This document shows positions 37,130-46,752 of a stretch of 64,000 nucleotides of DNA, piece by piece. Under the pieces are notes generated by a model. The model did not search any database, had not been told where the DNA came from, and was given only the letters and a program-made list of their open reading frames with translations. This stretch comes from an uncultured Verrucomicrobiota bacterium (GTDB lineage: Bacteria > Verrucomicrobiota > Verrucomicrobiia > Limisphaerales > UBA9464). The stretch is from contig CAYYSX010000002.1 of NCBI GenBank assembly GCA_964474315.1, positions 8,938 through 72,937 of the forward strand, written 5' to 3'. Position numbers and translations under genes: made by a program. Numbering within the stretch: position 1 is the first letter of the stretch; every line of letters begins with the position of its first letter.

Positions 37130-40100
37130 TCAGGGTTTAACGACAACCCGATAGGCCTTCAGCGGCGCATCTGGATCCACCGGATCCCGGACCGAGAGAC
37201 GCTGAGTCACATTGGAGGTGTTTTGGGCCGTCTTCACCGGCTCCCATTGTCCTGAGACAAGAACCTGGGTGGATTGAACCTCATATGTCTGCCCTGGCGC
37301 GGCATTCCATTGAACCTCAATCAAAGAACCTTCCACCAATCCCACCTGGCTGATCACAACCAAATCGAACGGCGATGGATCGGATGCATTCGGGATGCCA
37401 TCGCCATCAGAATCGATTGAGGTGCTGAACCGGAGAGCCCGGGGAACGCGTAGCACTCGTCCATCACCACCCGCGACCTCCACCCATTCGGGAACTCCGG
37501 AACTGCCGTCTTCCACCCAACGGAGCGTCCCACCTCCGGCAGTTACGAAACCGTCCAGCGACGCAGGATCCACGTTATCACTCGTTCCCGCATAATAGAG
37601 GGTCATCCCTTCGACCAGAATCAGAGAATTCTCCAGGTTCACCAGGATCTCATCACTCAAGATCAAGGTCTCCACGTAGATGGCGTTCTTAACCCCCACG
37701 GGAGCAAATGAAATCACGCCTCCGAATCCGACATTGAGGGCCAGTGCTCCCAAGGCCGCGTTGTCGGTGTATCCCGCCCGAGTCGCTCCCACGTCGTCCG
37801 CCGCCCAGAAGGATAAGATTTCGGTAAAATCCGGGGCGAGGAGATCCACCGTTGTTCCCAGCAGATTTCCAACGGCGGGTTTGACCACGAGATTGACCCC
37901 GTAGGTGGCCGACACATAGCTCGGGTTGTCCAGGCCACCATCCCGAATGGCTCCCGGAACATTCAGGGTGAAAGCTCCGCCAATGAACGCGCCCAAGCCG
38001 GTCAGATCGGCTTCATTCGCTGTCAGGAACGCGTTGCGAACACTGCTGAGTGTGCCGCCCTCGTTGACAAATTCATCCGCGGTAACCACCAAATCGCCCC
38101 CTTCGGCAAACAGGGTACCACTGAGGTCGAAGGTGTCCGATCGGAGGTTGATTCCGGTGGCACGGATCAAGCCGGAGTTATTGATGCTCTGAAGCGGTGT
38201 ACCAGGGGAGACGCCCAAGCCAAGGAATGACGGAACGGTGAGCGAACCGCTGTTCGTCAGGTTCACCAAGTTGGGAAGAGCGGCCGCGGTCAAGTCCCCA
38301 ATGCCCGTCAAAACGAGATTTCCAGCCAGGTTCAGATTCTCGGCCGTACTGGAGAAGTCGCCATCGACTAGAAGCTCATCTTGAATATCGACGGTCGTGG
38401 AACGAAGGATGAGATCATTGACCAGAGTCTGCCGGGCCGTGTCCAATGAGTTTTGGATCACCGTTACATGGTAAATCGCCACGTAGGTGGTGGTCTCCTC
38501 CGCTTCCGCTCCACAAGGACCGTCTTCGTCAATCACTCCATCCCCATCCGTATCACATCCATCCGCGGTGCCATCCCCATCCAAATCAATGTCTGTCCCA
38601 CCACCGTTGGTCACGGTCAAATCGAACGAATTGGTGAACGTCGTGGAGAAAATGGCGAAGGAACCGCCAAAACGGGATACCGATCCCTTGGCCAAATCCT
38701 TGATCTCCAGAGGCCCATTGGTGGAACCAAGATCATAGTTCAAAATCGGAGCATCAATCACCGCGCCACGGCTGGTCTTGAGATTGTCGGCCCGAATTGA
38801 AACCGATCCCTGCCCCTGGATCCGGGCGTTGCGCAGGTCCAGTTCCTTGGCGTCGATCGCCACCCGCCCGGCAATGTTCGTAATCGAGGCACCGGGCACC
38901 GGAGTCGGTGCAATCAGGTCGAACAACGTCACTCCGTCGATGGCACCGATGGGAATAAAGGTGATGTCACTGAGGCTTTGCGAGGGAAACCGCAGTAGCT
39001 CTCCGGCCCAAGTCACGTAAAGATTGGTGGTGACTAGATTGGTCATCTCCATTCCGTCGGGAAACGCTTCGTCAAACCAAGTCGTGAACAGCGAAGGACT
39101 GAAGGTGGCGTTCGGCGTCAACGACCCAATGGGCGTGTCGGGATTGAAACGCGGAGGATAAGCACGAAATGCGAACAAATTGGTGGGCGCCTGTGAGTTC
39201 AAGGTCAACCCATTCAACAGAAGCTCGGTCAGCGGACTGGAACCGAAATTGTCGGCGATGACGAACTGCGTGGCGATCGTCGAGGTCCCTTGTCGGACCA
39301 AGTCTGGCTGGATTGAGGTGAACCGGACGTAAGCGGTCTTGGCGGGAAAATCCCGGCTCGGTCCATTGGCCCAACTGACGTCGATGACGACATTGGTATC
39401 AGGATTGGCAACGAAGACGATCTCGAACTGCTTGTTGGTGGTGGTGGGTTGGTCGGCCCAGACAAACACGGCCGGATTCTGCAGCGTGAGGCTGGCAAAC
39501 GGAGGCTCCGTGTCATCGGGAGTCGCATTCTCCGTCACTTGAGTATAAATATAGAATCCACCCGTACTAACGGTCAGGTTAGTAAGGCCCTCGGGATCCA
39601 CGTTCTCAACGGCGAAGGTAAACGGATCCAGGGCCGAGAATCCGTAGCGCCACCAGCGGTCGCGGACGTCCGTCTCCGGAGAAAAGCTTTCTTCGTCAAG
39701 GCCAACCGAAGGTTGGAATCGGAATGGGTCCGGGACGTAACGTAAAGTCCGGAAGGTGCTGAATTCCAGTGGCGTTGAACCGACCTTGCTGGAACTTAAG
39801 TCCACGTTGTCTCCGCGAATTTCAATCGAGCCGGCATAGAAACCTTCAATCGTGCCGCGGTTAATGATGTTGGTGGCATTCAATGAAACGTAACCACCAT
39901 ATAGGGGAAACAGATCGTTGGGCAGGCCGGTGAGACTCATGTTGACCGACAAGTTGGCAAACTCACCGGAAATGGTAGCGCCGGGAGAGTTATAGATTTG
40001 CGCCGCCCGGCGCCGGATCCCCGCATCGTCGATATATTGGAGGTTGAACCCCGGAACGGAGCTCATGAAGTAGGTGTTGGTATAGTACAACGTGTTCTGA

Positions 40101-40312
40101 GTTTCAAAGGGCATTACCGGATTCAGGTACTCCCCGAAGAATATATTCGGTTGACCTCCAATGATAAAAGTCCCGGTGTTAATAAACGCCTGGGCGTCAA
40201 TCATGATCGGATCCGGATTACGCCCGGAATTCTCGTACACAGGGGCCGGGGCGGCCTTGAGCAAGAGCGTGGCGGTAAGCACAACTCCGAGAGCAGTGAA
40301 CCAGGTTTTCAT
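37130..40312 (-). CDS. giant secreted protein (1060 aa) with Asp-rich Ca-binding-type loops and conserved C-terminal tail; last gene of the secretin operon
   Basis: ATG 40312 gives MKTWFTALGVVLTATLLLKAAP (signal peptide); the maximal ORF starts at TTG 40354. Contains DLDGDGTADGCDTDGDGVIDEDG and DSDGDGIPNASDP loops. Tail: IEVQWNAAPGQTYEVQSTQVL..WEPV...KAYRVVVKP. Confidence 0.7.
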   Translation of the reverse strand: MKTWFTALGVVLTATLLLKAAPAPVYENSGRNPDPIMIDAQAFINTGTFIIGGQPNIFFGEYLNPVMPFETQNTLYYTNTYFMSSVPGFNLQYIDDAGIRRRAAQIYNSPGATISGEFANLSVNMSLTGLPNDLFPLYGGYVSLNATNIINRGTIEGFYAGSIEIRGDNVDLSSSKVGSTPLEFSTFRTLRYVPDPFRFQPSVGLDEESFSPETDVRDRWWRYGFSALDPFTFAVENVDPEGLTNLTVSTGGFYIYTQVTENATPDDTEPPFASLTLQNPAVFVWADQPTTTNKQFEIVFVANPDTNVVIDVSWANGPSRDFPAKTAYVRFTSIQPDLVRQGTSTIATQFVIADNFGSSPLTELLLNGLTLNSQAPTNLFAFRAYPPRFNPDTPIGSLTPNATFSPSLFTTWFDEAFPDGMEMTNLVTTNLYVTWAGELLRFPSQSLSDITFIPIGAIDGVTLFDLIAPTPVPGASITNIAGRVAIDAKELDLRNARIQGQGSVSIRADNLKTSRGAVIDAPILNYDLGSTNGPLEIKDLAKGSVSRFGGSFAIFSTTFTNSFDLTVTNGGGTDIDLDGDGTADGCDTDGDGVIDEDGPCGAEAEETTTYVAIYHVTVIQNSLDTARQTLVNDLILRSTTVDIQDELLVDGDFSSTAENLNLAGNLVLTGIGDLTAAALPNLVNLTNSGSLTVPSFLGLGVSPGTPLQSINNSGLIRATGINLRSDTFDLSGTLFAEGGDLVVTADEFVNEGGTLSSVRNAFLTANEADLTGLGAFIGGAFTLNVPGAIRDGGLDNPSYVSATYGVNLVVKPAVGNLLGTTVDLLAPDFTEILSFWAADDVGATRAGYTDNAALGALALNVGFGGVISFAPVGVKNAIYVETLILSDEILVNLENSLILVEGMTLYYAGTSDNVDPASLDGFVTAGGGTLRWVEDGSSGVPEWVEVAGGDGRVLRVPRALRFSTSIDSDGDGIPNASDPSPFDLVVISQVGLVEGSLIEVQWNAAPGQTYEVQSTQVLVSGQWEPVKTAQNTSNVTQRLSVRDPVDPDAPLKAYRVVVKP

Positions 40313-40350
40313 AGGCGGTAGGGAGAAACGTTCGCTCGGTCGCTTGAAGG

Positions 40351-41871
40351 TCAAGGGAAAAGTGTGCTTTCCAATTCCTGGAGTCCAGATCCTACCGGAT
40401 AAACAATGGGGGCGTTAGTGGTTCCATCGTAGGACCCCCAAACGAAGCCCCGGGTTCCGGAAAGCTGGCTGCCATTTCCAATATTAAAAATCCACGGCCC
40501 AACCTTATTGAGCACGATTTGAACTCCGGTATCCACAATCCCCGGGCCATCCTGGACCGCTCCGACGCCGGGATTGGCTTCCGTCAGAAACACGTTCCCC
40601 GCGACCTCATAGACATAGGGTTGCCCAAGGTTGGGATCCCCTCCGAGGTCGCCGGCTGAAAAGAGGATGTCAGGCTGGAGGATGGTTCGCTCGGTCACCT
40701 GGCGAACGGCGATACCGTTGGTATTGATCACCGTCTCCGGGTAGCTAACGCTTACGGGAACCAGGAACTGCCCCAAAAGCGGATCCGTATCCACTCGAAC
40801 ATAACTGAGCTTTCCCGGTCCAGAGCGTCCACCCACCGGGATGAAGCTGGTCGCCGTGACTACTCCATTCGTATCGGTGACCCCTCCTCCGATAGGCCCG
40901 CCCACCACCGTCCAGGGAGAAATGGGATCGGGAACAACAATCTGGAATGAGATGTTGATCCAAGGAGATCCGTCGCCACCTCCGAAGGTTCCCGAGGAGC
41001 TCCCGAAGGAACCAGTGGGGGCCGACTGCCAATTGACGTTGTCGGGGCGGTATATGTAGCGAATGGCCCCGACATCATCACGAGTGAGGCCACTATAGAA
41101 CAGTCCGAATCCATCAGCCACGAGGCTGGCAGGCCCGTAAACCTGGGAATAAACTCGCGGATCCGTGGCGCCAGCCTGCAACCCGGCCGTGGCCACTACG
41201 CTAACGTTCGGATTGGCCACATCCACGGCGAGCTCCTGACAATCCCAAGTGTCTGGATCGGCACTGATCTGGAGAATCTGATAAGTGTAAAGGCTGCCAT
41301 TGACATAGGCCGATGGCCGAAATGATACCGGATCGAAGTTCCGTTGGATGATGTTGTAGTAGTACTGTTGGGGGTCGGTGTTGGGAATGGGACGCTGCTG
41401 GAAGATGGTCCAGGTATAGCGCTCGGGACAGGCCAACCCCAGAGTCTGAAGGAGGATGGATAGCGTGATGGATTTTACATCCCGCAGCCGAAGCTGCTGC
41501 GCGGTATAGTTGAACCGAGTGGCGTTGAGAGGGTATTCCGTGAGGCCCGAACTCATTGAGGAGGTCGAGGGCAGGTCGTTCAGAATCTGAATGGCGGCTT
41601 CGACTGCGGCGACTCCATTGGTGCCGTAATACTCCACAAACGACGAGTCGAAACCATATACTACCACCGGACTGCCCCATCGATACTCTTCCCCCACGTT
41701 CATAGGTCCACCAACATCGTTAGGGATCGCGATGGTGGTAAACGGCCCATTGTAATTTAGTGCAGGAAGCTGGTAGGTGGCAAAGGGCCCCATCAAGGAA
41801 AAGGCCCGCGCCGAGCCGCCCAGTCCTGCCAGAAGCAGCACCGGCAAAAGATACTTGAGAAAGTTTCGCAT
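40351..41871 (-). CDS. secreted hypothetical protein (506 aa), Gly/Pro/Val-rich, no recognisable domain
   Basis: Signal peptide MRNFLKYLLPVLLLAGLGGSARA followed by FSLMGPF. The start lies 3 nt after the stop of the upstream gene. Confidence 0.7.
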   Translation of the reverse strand: MRNFLKYLLPVLLLAGLGGSARAFSLMGPFATYQLPALNYNGPFTTIAIPNDVGGPMNVGEEYRWGSPVVVYGFDSSFVEYYGTNGVAAVEAAIQILNDLPSTSSMSSGLTEYPLNATRFNYTAQQLRLRDVKSITLSILLQTLGLACPERYTWTIFQQRPIPNTDPQQYYYNIIQRNFDPVSFRPSAYVNGSLYTYQILQISADPDTWDCQELAVDVANPNVSVVATAGLQAGATDPRVYSQVYGPASLVADGFGLFYSGLTRDDVGAIRYIYRPDNVNWQSAPTGSFGSSSGTFGGGDGSPWINISFQIVVPDPISPWTVVGGPIGGGVTDTNGVVTATSFIPVGGRSGPGKLSYVRVDTDPLLGQFLVPVSVSYPETVINTNGIAVRQVTERTILQPDILFSAGDLGGDPNLGQPYVYEVAGNVFLTEANPGVGAVQDGPGIVDTGVQIVLNKVGPWIFNIGNGSQLSGTRGFVWGSYDGTTNAPIVYPVGSGLQELESTLFP

Positions 41872-41874
41872 GGA

Positions 41875-43755
41875 TCAACGAAGAAGATTGACGCGGTAGT
41901 AGGCGTTGTTGGGTAGGTCTCCCACCGGAATCGAGTCAGTGCTGCCCGCCGCCAAACGAGGCGCTCCGATGTCGGCCCACTCCTTCAAACTCGTGGAGTA
42001 CTGTGCTTGATAGAAGGCCCCAGAACGGCTGTTCCAACTCAAGATGACTCCCTGCGGACTGCTGGTCAGCCGGGTCTTCAAGACGCTGGCGGCCGACCGC
42101 GGATCCGTGCCGGCGAGAAATTCCTCCCGATCAGTGACCCCATCGCCATCCGAGTCCGCAGACGGCAGAGGCCAGAGAGCGGGGTTGCTACCGAAATGCA
42201 GCGCCTGCCAGTCGTCAGGAAGGCCATCCGCATTGTCGTCTTCGCCCCAAGTTCGGCCGGTGGCCGGAGCGGAGAGGGGCGAACGACGACCATCCTGGAG
42301 GACATAGGCCAAACGAACTGTATGGGAGGAACTGGGGGCGAGGCCACCGACCGAATACGTCGAGGCCGTCAAAGCGACGGGCGATTCGGCGCCGTCCACA
42401 TAAAGTTCGTAATGCTTCAGCGGAAGCCCTGACAGTTCAGCCCACGTCACCAGCAACCTGGAGGAGGAGGCCGCAAAGACGTACGGAGCTGAAGGCTCGG
42501 CGAGCGTGGCCATGGCGCGGCTGTAGCGTTGCGCAGCCAGATCCATTCCGCGGGCGGAGCCTCCAAACGTGCTCCATACCGCGAGTACTCGTCCCGCCCC
42601 GTCGGAAGCAACGGCTGGCGTCATTTGATCTCCAGTCGTCGCGGTGTTCACCACAAACTCATCCCCGACCAACTGTCCATCCGGCGTCAACCATTGGCCC
42701 ACAATGCCGTATCCGGCACCGTCGCCCCCCTCGCTGCGATAAATCACCAGTACCGAATCCCCATCCGCCGCGAGTCGGGGAAATCCTTGGAATCCAAGGC
42801 GCCTGGTGTTCACCAAGCTTGGAGACGAAATGGGGCCGGTGGACTGGAAAGCCCGGGTTTGGATGTCCCACACCGCCCCCGGCGTTTCATGGTCATGTTC
42901 CGCCCAAGCGGCCAGAAAGCCTCCGGCCGATAGACCTAACAAGGCCGGGGTGGCACAAGGACGGTGGGAAACATTGATGGGAAACTCCGGCTGCAACGCT
43001 GCCCCGGTCGCGGTCAAAAAACGCGCAAAGACGTCCACGCGGTTCTGACCGCGTTGCTGTTCAGAGATCCAAGCCACCACAAAACTTCCGTCCGTCAGCG
43101 CCGCTACCGAAGGTGAACGCTGATGATACTGGGTGTACTGGTTCACAGAAAACGGAGCCTCCTCCAAGGCTCCCTTGGCCGAGAGGAGCCGGGCCTGAAC
43201 GCCCAGCATGCTTCCATCGACCCCATCGGCTGCCCAAACGACCAGAACCTGGCCGTCTCTATTGACGGCGATCACCGGATCCCGGTTATCCACCCCGTCG
43301 CCGGAGATGATGAACTCGGGACCCGCGAACTTTCCGTCTGGATTGATGACCCGGCCAACAATGGACTGAGCTCCCCGAATTCCGCCTTGCCAAACGACCA
43401 GCCCACCACCGTCGGAAAGTAACGCCACCTGGGGGTTTTCCTGGTCTCCGGCACCCACCTCGTTAACCCGAAAGGAACTGAGACCGGTCAATTGCCCCGT
43501 GAGTCGTCGGGCGCTGATCCCAAAGCCATCGCCATCGGTGCTGTTGTCCTGCCACACGAGCCATCCCCCCGCACTTCGGAACGCGACTGCCGGTGATATC
43601 TGATCACCCACCGGCGAACCGGCCGCGAGGTACTGCCCACCGCTGGGGGCAAGATCTCCCGCTCCCATCGCAGAAACTCCGAGCAGCCATGCTACAGCCG
43701 CTGGAAGCATTCGCCGGATGGAAAGCGATCCCCCACTTGTTCTGGCGTTTGACAT
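41875..43755 (-). CDS. secreted repeat protein (626 aa): 7x propeller-like repeat + FN3-like domain + Asp-rich loop + conserved C-terminal tail
   Basis: ATG 43755 (MSNARTSGGSLSIRRMLPAAVAWLLGVSAMGAG). Seven repeats of the type GDQxxPxVA..dG..vVW....dG....i.ar. Then DSDGDGVTDREEF. Tail: ILSWNSRSGAFYQAQYSTSLKEWADI...AYYRVNLLR. Confidence 0.7.
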   Translation of the reverse strand: MSNARTSGGSLSIRRMLPAAVAWLLGVSAMGAGDLAPSGGQYLAAGSPVGDQISPAVAFRSAGGWLVWQDNSTDGDGFGISARRLTGQLTGLSSFRVNEVGAGDQENPQVALLSDGGGLVVWQGGIRGAQSIVGRVINPDGKFAGPEFIISGDGVDNRDPVIAVNRDGQVLVVWAADGVDGSMLGVQARLLSAKGALEEAPFSVNQYTQYHQRSPSVAALTDGSFVVAWISEQQRGQNRVDVFARFLTATGAALQPEFPINVSHRPCATPALLGLSAGGFLAAWAEHDHETPGAVWDIQTRAFQSTGPISSPSLVNTRRLGFQGFPRLAADGDSVLVIYRSEGGDGAGYGIVGQWLTPDGQLVGDEFVVNTATTGDQMTPAVASDGAGRVLAVWSTFGGSARGMDLAAQRYSRAMATLAEPSAPYVFAASSSRLLVTWAELSGLPLKHYELYVDGAESPVALTASTYSVGGLAPSSSHTVRLAYVLQDGRRSPLSAPATGRTWGEDDNADGLPDDWQALHFGSNPALWPLPSADSDGDGVTDREEFLAGTDPRSAASVLKTRLTSSPQGVILSWNSRSGAFYQAQYSTSLKEWADIGAPRLAAGSTDSIPVGDLPNNAYYRVNLLR

Positions 43756-43901
43756 AGTTTTCCAATTGCCGAGCGCGTGGCAGTCAACGGTGCAGTGATC
43801 CAAAGTATGCCTTTCGTTCACTTTCGCAAACATTCGTTCTCCCGTCTCGGTTAGCGTTTACGGTCTTGGTGTTTTCAACCGGTCGGTTGATGATGCGGGC
43901 C

Positions 43902-46706
43902 TCATTTTGGCCGGAATCCGGCCCGCGCGTCGGGAACGGTGTTGGGATCGTAGGGCATGGCGTTCGGGTCGTTCACCCGGCGGCCAGAAGGATCAAGGAT
44001 GGTTGGAGTCACGAAGATCAGGAGGTTCTTCTTCACCGTGGCAGACGATTCACTGGTAAACAGGCGGCCGATCAGCGGGAGATCGCCGATAATGGGAACC
44101 TTGTCCCGCTGCTTACGGGAATCTTCGGCGATCAAGCCGCCCAAGACTACAGTTTGGCCATCCCACACGATGGCGGAAGTCACCACCTGCCGAGTTCGCA
44201 AACGCGGAAGGGGCAATGTGGCCGTCAGAGGAATGCCAATGGTGTTGCCGGCGACCGACTGCGCCTGAGGCACAAAGGCTCCCGGATCATCATATCCCAC
44301 AAATTCCGTCACCACCGGAATCAGGGTCATTTGGATGGAGACGTCGTCGGCAGAGACATAGGGGATGACATTGAGTTCCGGGCCAAAAGGGACCGTTTGT
44401 ACGGTGTAATTCAGGGTAGGGGCGACACCGCCGCCACCCGTGCCAAAGCCACCCCCGAATCCACCGTCAGTGGCGCCACCGCTGGCGGTTTGCTGAAGAT
44501 CCACACCGGTAACAATGGTACGGACATCGGCCGTTACAATCTGGGCTTGCCGGCCGCTGAGCGTGGTGACCTTGGGAGCCGCCAAGACGTCCACCCCATC
44601 CCGCTGTTCCAGGGCCGAAATGGCGACACGGAACTGTGGATTGGTGAGAATCCCGGTGATCGTGGCGAGCGTTGGGATCGCGGTCTGATTGCGGTTCGCA
44701 TCCGTATAACTGGAGCGGAGGCCAGCCGTCACATTACCGTCAGTGGCAGCAGGCGGGATCGTCGTATCGAAGAAGTTATCCGGCACACCCGGGACCCCGA
44801 TCGAAGCAGGAACGCCGGGAAAAGTGCCATATGGGTTGGCCGAAGATCCTGAAGTTCCTGGACTTCCCATGGAAGGGGCAGTGCCTCCTTGAGCCCCCAC
44901 CCGTCCGTTGCCAATAACCCAGTTCCCAAACCACCACTGGAAGCCCAACGCTTTGGCATCGGACTGAGTGACTTCGGCAAACTTGGCCTCAATCTCCACC
45001 TGGGGCGGAGCAACATTAAGGGCCGCAATGGCCTGTTCGATCACATCCAGATCGGACAGGGTTGCGCGGACGAACAGGATTCCGGTTCGGTCGTTGAAGA
45101 AGAGGGCCTTTTGATTGGCGTTTGGATCAGCCAGTCCGTCGAGACCAAGCGTTGGTTGGGTGAACCCGGCGCCTTGCTGACCGGGCAAGGCCGTGGCCGG
45201 AAAATCAACTCCGCAGGCTCTGAAGAAGTCTCGGACCACCAGCTGAACATTGGCCATCAAGTTCGTACGCGTTACTGCGGTGATGCCTACGCCTTGTTGT
45301 CCACCGCCACCGCCACCGCCACCACCGCCACCGCCCTGCGCCACTCCCGAGGAGGCTTCGACCCGAGGGACAGTAAAGATGCCCTGCTGGCCGCCGGCAC
45401 CACCGCCACCACCGCCACCGCCACCGCCGCCGCCGCCGCTTCCCACCTGCAAGTCGCCGAAGGGGAATCCGACGACCGCTTCAAGACCTTGCAAGAAGGT
45501 ATTCGGATCCACACGGAAAGAGCGGGTATGCAACTGGGGATTTTCGGGCAACCGCTGGGTGAATACGATCGCGTAGTCCTCAATGGAGATTTTGAGCGGA
45601 CGCTCCGCCACCTTGGCGATGGCATCGATGGCATCGGCCAGACGGACATCCCGCAAGCCGGGTACCAGACGGATGATGATACTGTTGAGGTCAACCGGCT
45701 CGGCCGGCGCCGCCGGAATCGGCGCACCCGTGTTCGGGTCAATCTGCGGAACCGCGGACGGGGGGATGACATCCATGGTGGAGTTGATGATGAAGTTGAG
45801 CCCGCGTCTCTCTGGATCACGCGCGCGGGCTTGCTCATCCAGGTATTTCACCACTTCGCTCAGCGGTACGCCGTCAAACTTGACCTCATTCAGGACGATC
45901 CGGTCGAGCTTGTTCTGAATCAGTTGGCGGCCCGCCCCGGTGTAAATGAGATTGGTGCGGGCGAAGGGATTGGCGTTGGGCAGGTTGTTGCGCTTGGGAG
46001 CCCAGGCCTGCTCCACCTCAAGAAGCATTTCGCGGGTGGTCAGTTTCTTGAGCTGAGCCGCACGACCAAATCGAGCCTGTTGGATCAGTTCCAAGTAGTA
46101 GTTGGCGGTTCGATTGTCCGGTTGCAACTCCTTGGCTTGCAGGAGGAGCTTTTCAGCCTCTTCCAAGCGACCCGCTTCATAAAGCAGCTTGCCGTCGTTG
46201 GCGAGAGTCGATGCTTGGAGGTCTTGTTGCTTGAGGGCGGGAATCTGGGAAAGAGCCTCTTCGGAAGGCAGCTTGCCAACCAGGCTGGAGAGGCGCCGGT
46301 CATTCTCGGCCTTAAAGCTCTGGGCCACCGTATTGGAGGGATCTACCTTGAGGGCGCGACTGACCTGGACATTTGCTTCGCGGTAATCGCCGCGGCGGGA
46401 GGCCGCCACGGCCAAATCAACGCGGGTCGTGGAGAGGCCGGTGCGCACTTCGGCCCGCTCCGCTTCCGCGGCGGCGCCCAACTGCTCCGTAAGGGTCCAG
46501 GCATCTTCATAAAGTTTGGCCGCGGCCGGCAGATCCTTGGCCGCCGTGGCGATTTGCGCGGCCTCAATAGTCTTGCGCAACAGGATGAGTTTTTCCTGTC
46601 GGCGGACCGACTCTTCTTCGGCGACCTGGTTCGCCGACTGGGACAACAGCGGCTGGGCTGCGGCGAAGAGCAGCAACAGGCTGAGGAGACGAGACAGTTT
46701 CAACAT
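43902..46706 (-). CDS. type II/III-secretion-family secretin (PilQ/GspD-like) with N-terminal TPR region and two poly-Gly linkers
   Basis: 934 aa. Signal peptide, TPR-like repeats (LLYEAGRLEEAEKLLLQAKELQPDN) and two Gly runs. C-terminal secretin domain: VLAAPKVTTLSGRQAQI...VVLGGLIAEDSRKQRDKVPIIGDLPLIGRLF...LLIFVTPTIL. Confidence 0.9.
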   Translation of the reverse strand: MLKLSRLLSLLLLFAAAQPLLSQSANQVAEEESVRRQEKLILLRKTIEAAQIATAAKDLPAAAKLYEDAWTLTEQLGAAAEAERAEVRTGLSTTRVDLAVAASRRGDYREANVQVSRALKVDPSNTVAQSFKAENDRRLSSLVGKLPSEEALSQIPALKQQDLQASTLANDGKLLYEAGRLEEAEKLLLQAKELQPDNRTANYYLELIQQARFGRAAQLKKLTTREMLLEVEQAWAPKRNNLPNANPFARTNLIYTGAGRQLIQNKLDRIVLNEVKFDGVPLSEVVKYLDEQARARDPERRGLNFIINSTMDVIPPSAVPQIDPNTGAPIPAAPAEPVDLNSIIIRLVPGLRDVRLADAIDAIAKVAERPLKISIEDYAIVFTQRLPENPQLHTRSFRVDPNTFLQGLEAVVGFPFGDLQVGSGGGGGGGGGGGGGAGGQQGIFTVPRVEASSGVAQGGGGGGGGGGGGQQGVGITAVTRTNLMANVQLVVRDFFRACGVDFPATALPGQQGAGFTQPTLGLDGLADPNANQKALFFNDRTGILFVRATLSDLDVIEQAIAALNVAPPQVEIEAKFAEVTQSDAKALGFQWWFGNWVIGNGRVGAQGGTAPSMGSPGTSGSSANPYGTFPGVPASIGVPGVPDNFFDTTIPPAATDGNVTAGLRSSYTDANRNQTAIPTLATITGILTNPQFRVAISALEQRDGVDVLAAPKVTTLSGRQAQIVTADVRTIVTGVDLQQTASGGATDGGFGGGFGTGGGGVAPTLNYTVQTVPFGPELNVIPYVSADDVSIQMTLIPVVTEFVGYDDPGAFVPQAQSVAGNTIGIPLTATLPLPRLRTRQVVTSAIVWDGQTVVLGGLIAEDSRKQRDKVPIIGDLPLIGRLFTSESSATVKKNLLIFVTPTILDPSGRRVNDPNAMPYDPNTVPDARAGFRPK
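45301..45335 (-). repeat. coding GGN-codon run (poly-Gly, 12 residues) inside the secretin gene
   Basis: The + strand reads CCACCGCCACCGCCACCGCCACCACCGCCACCGCC, which encodes GGGGGGGGGGGG in the secretin frame. Confidence 0.9.
45391..45440 (-). repeat. coding GGN-codon run (GSGGGGGGGGGGGGGAGG) inside the secretin gene
   Basis: The + strand reads GCCGCCGGCACCACCGCCACCACCGCCACCGCCACCGCCGCCGCCGCCGCT. This is the second poly-Gly linker, about 20 residues N-terminal of the first. Confidence 0.9.
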
Positions 46707-46752
46707 GGTACTTGCGGTTGGAAAAATCCGTAAAACAGGGTGGGAGGGACGC

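Noticed and set aside
45250-45576. Possible CRISPR-like or satellite array at the CCACCGCC repeats
   Set aside because: The period is 3 nt, the run is in frame within the secretin CDS, and there are no spacers. It is a coding poly-Gly tract, not a CRISPR array.
43866-46733. Plus-strand ORFs of 328 aa (43866-44852) and 614 aa (44889-46733)
   Set aside because: They are antisense to the secretin gene. Their poly-Pro/Ala stretches are the complement of the secretin's poly-Gly codon runs.
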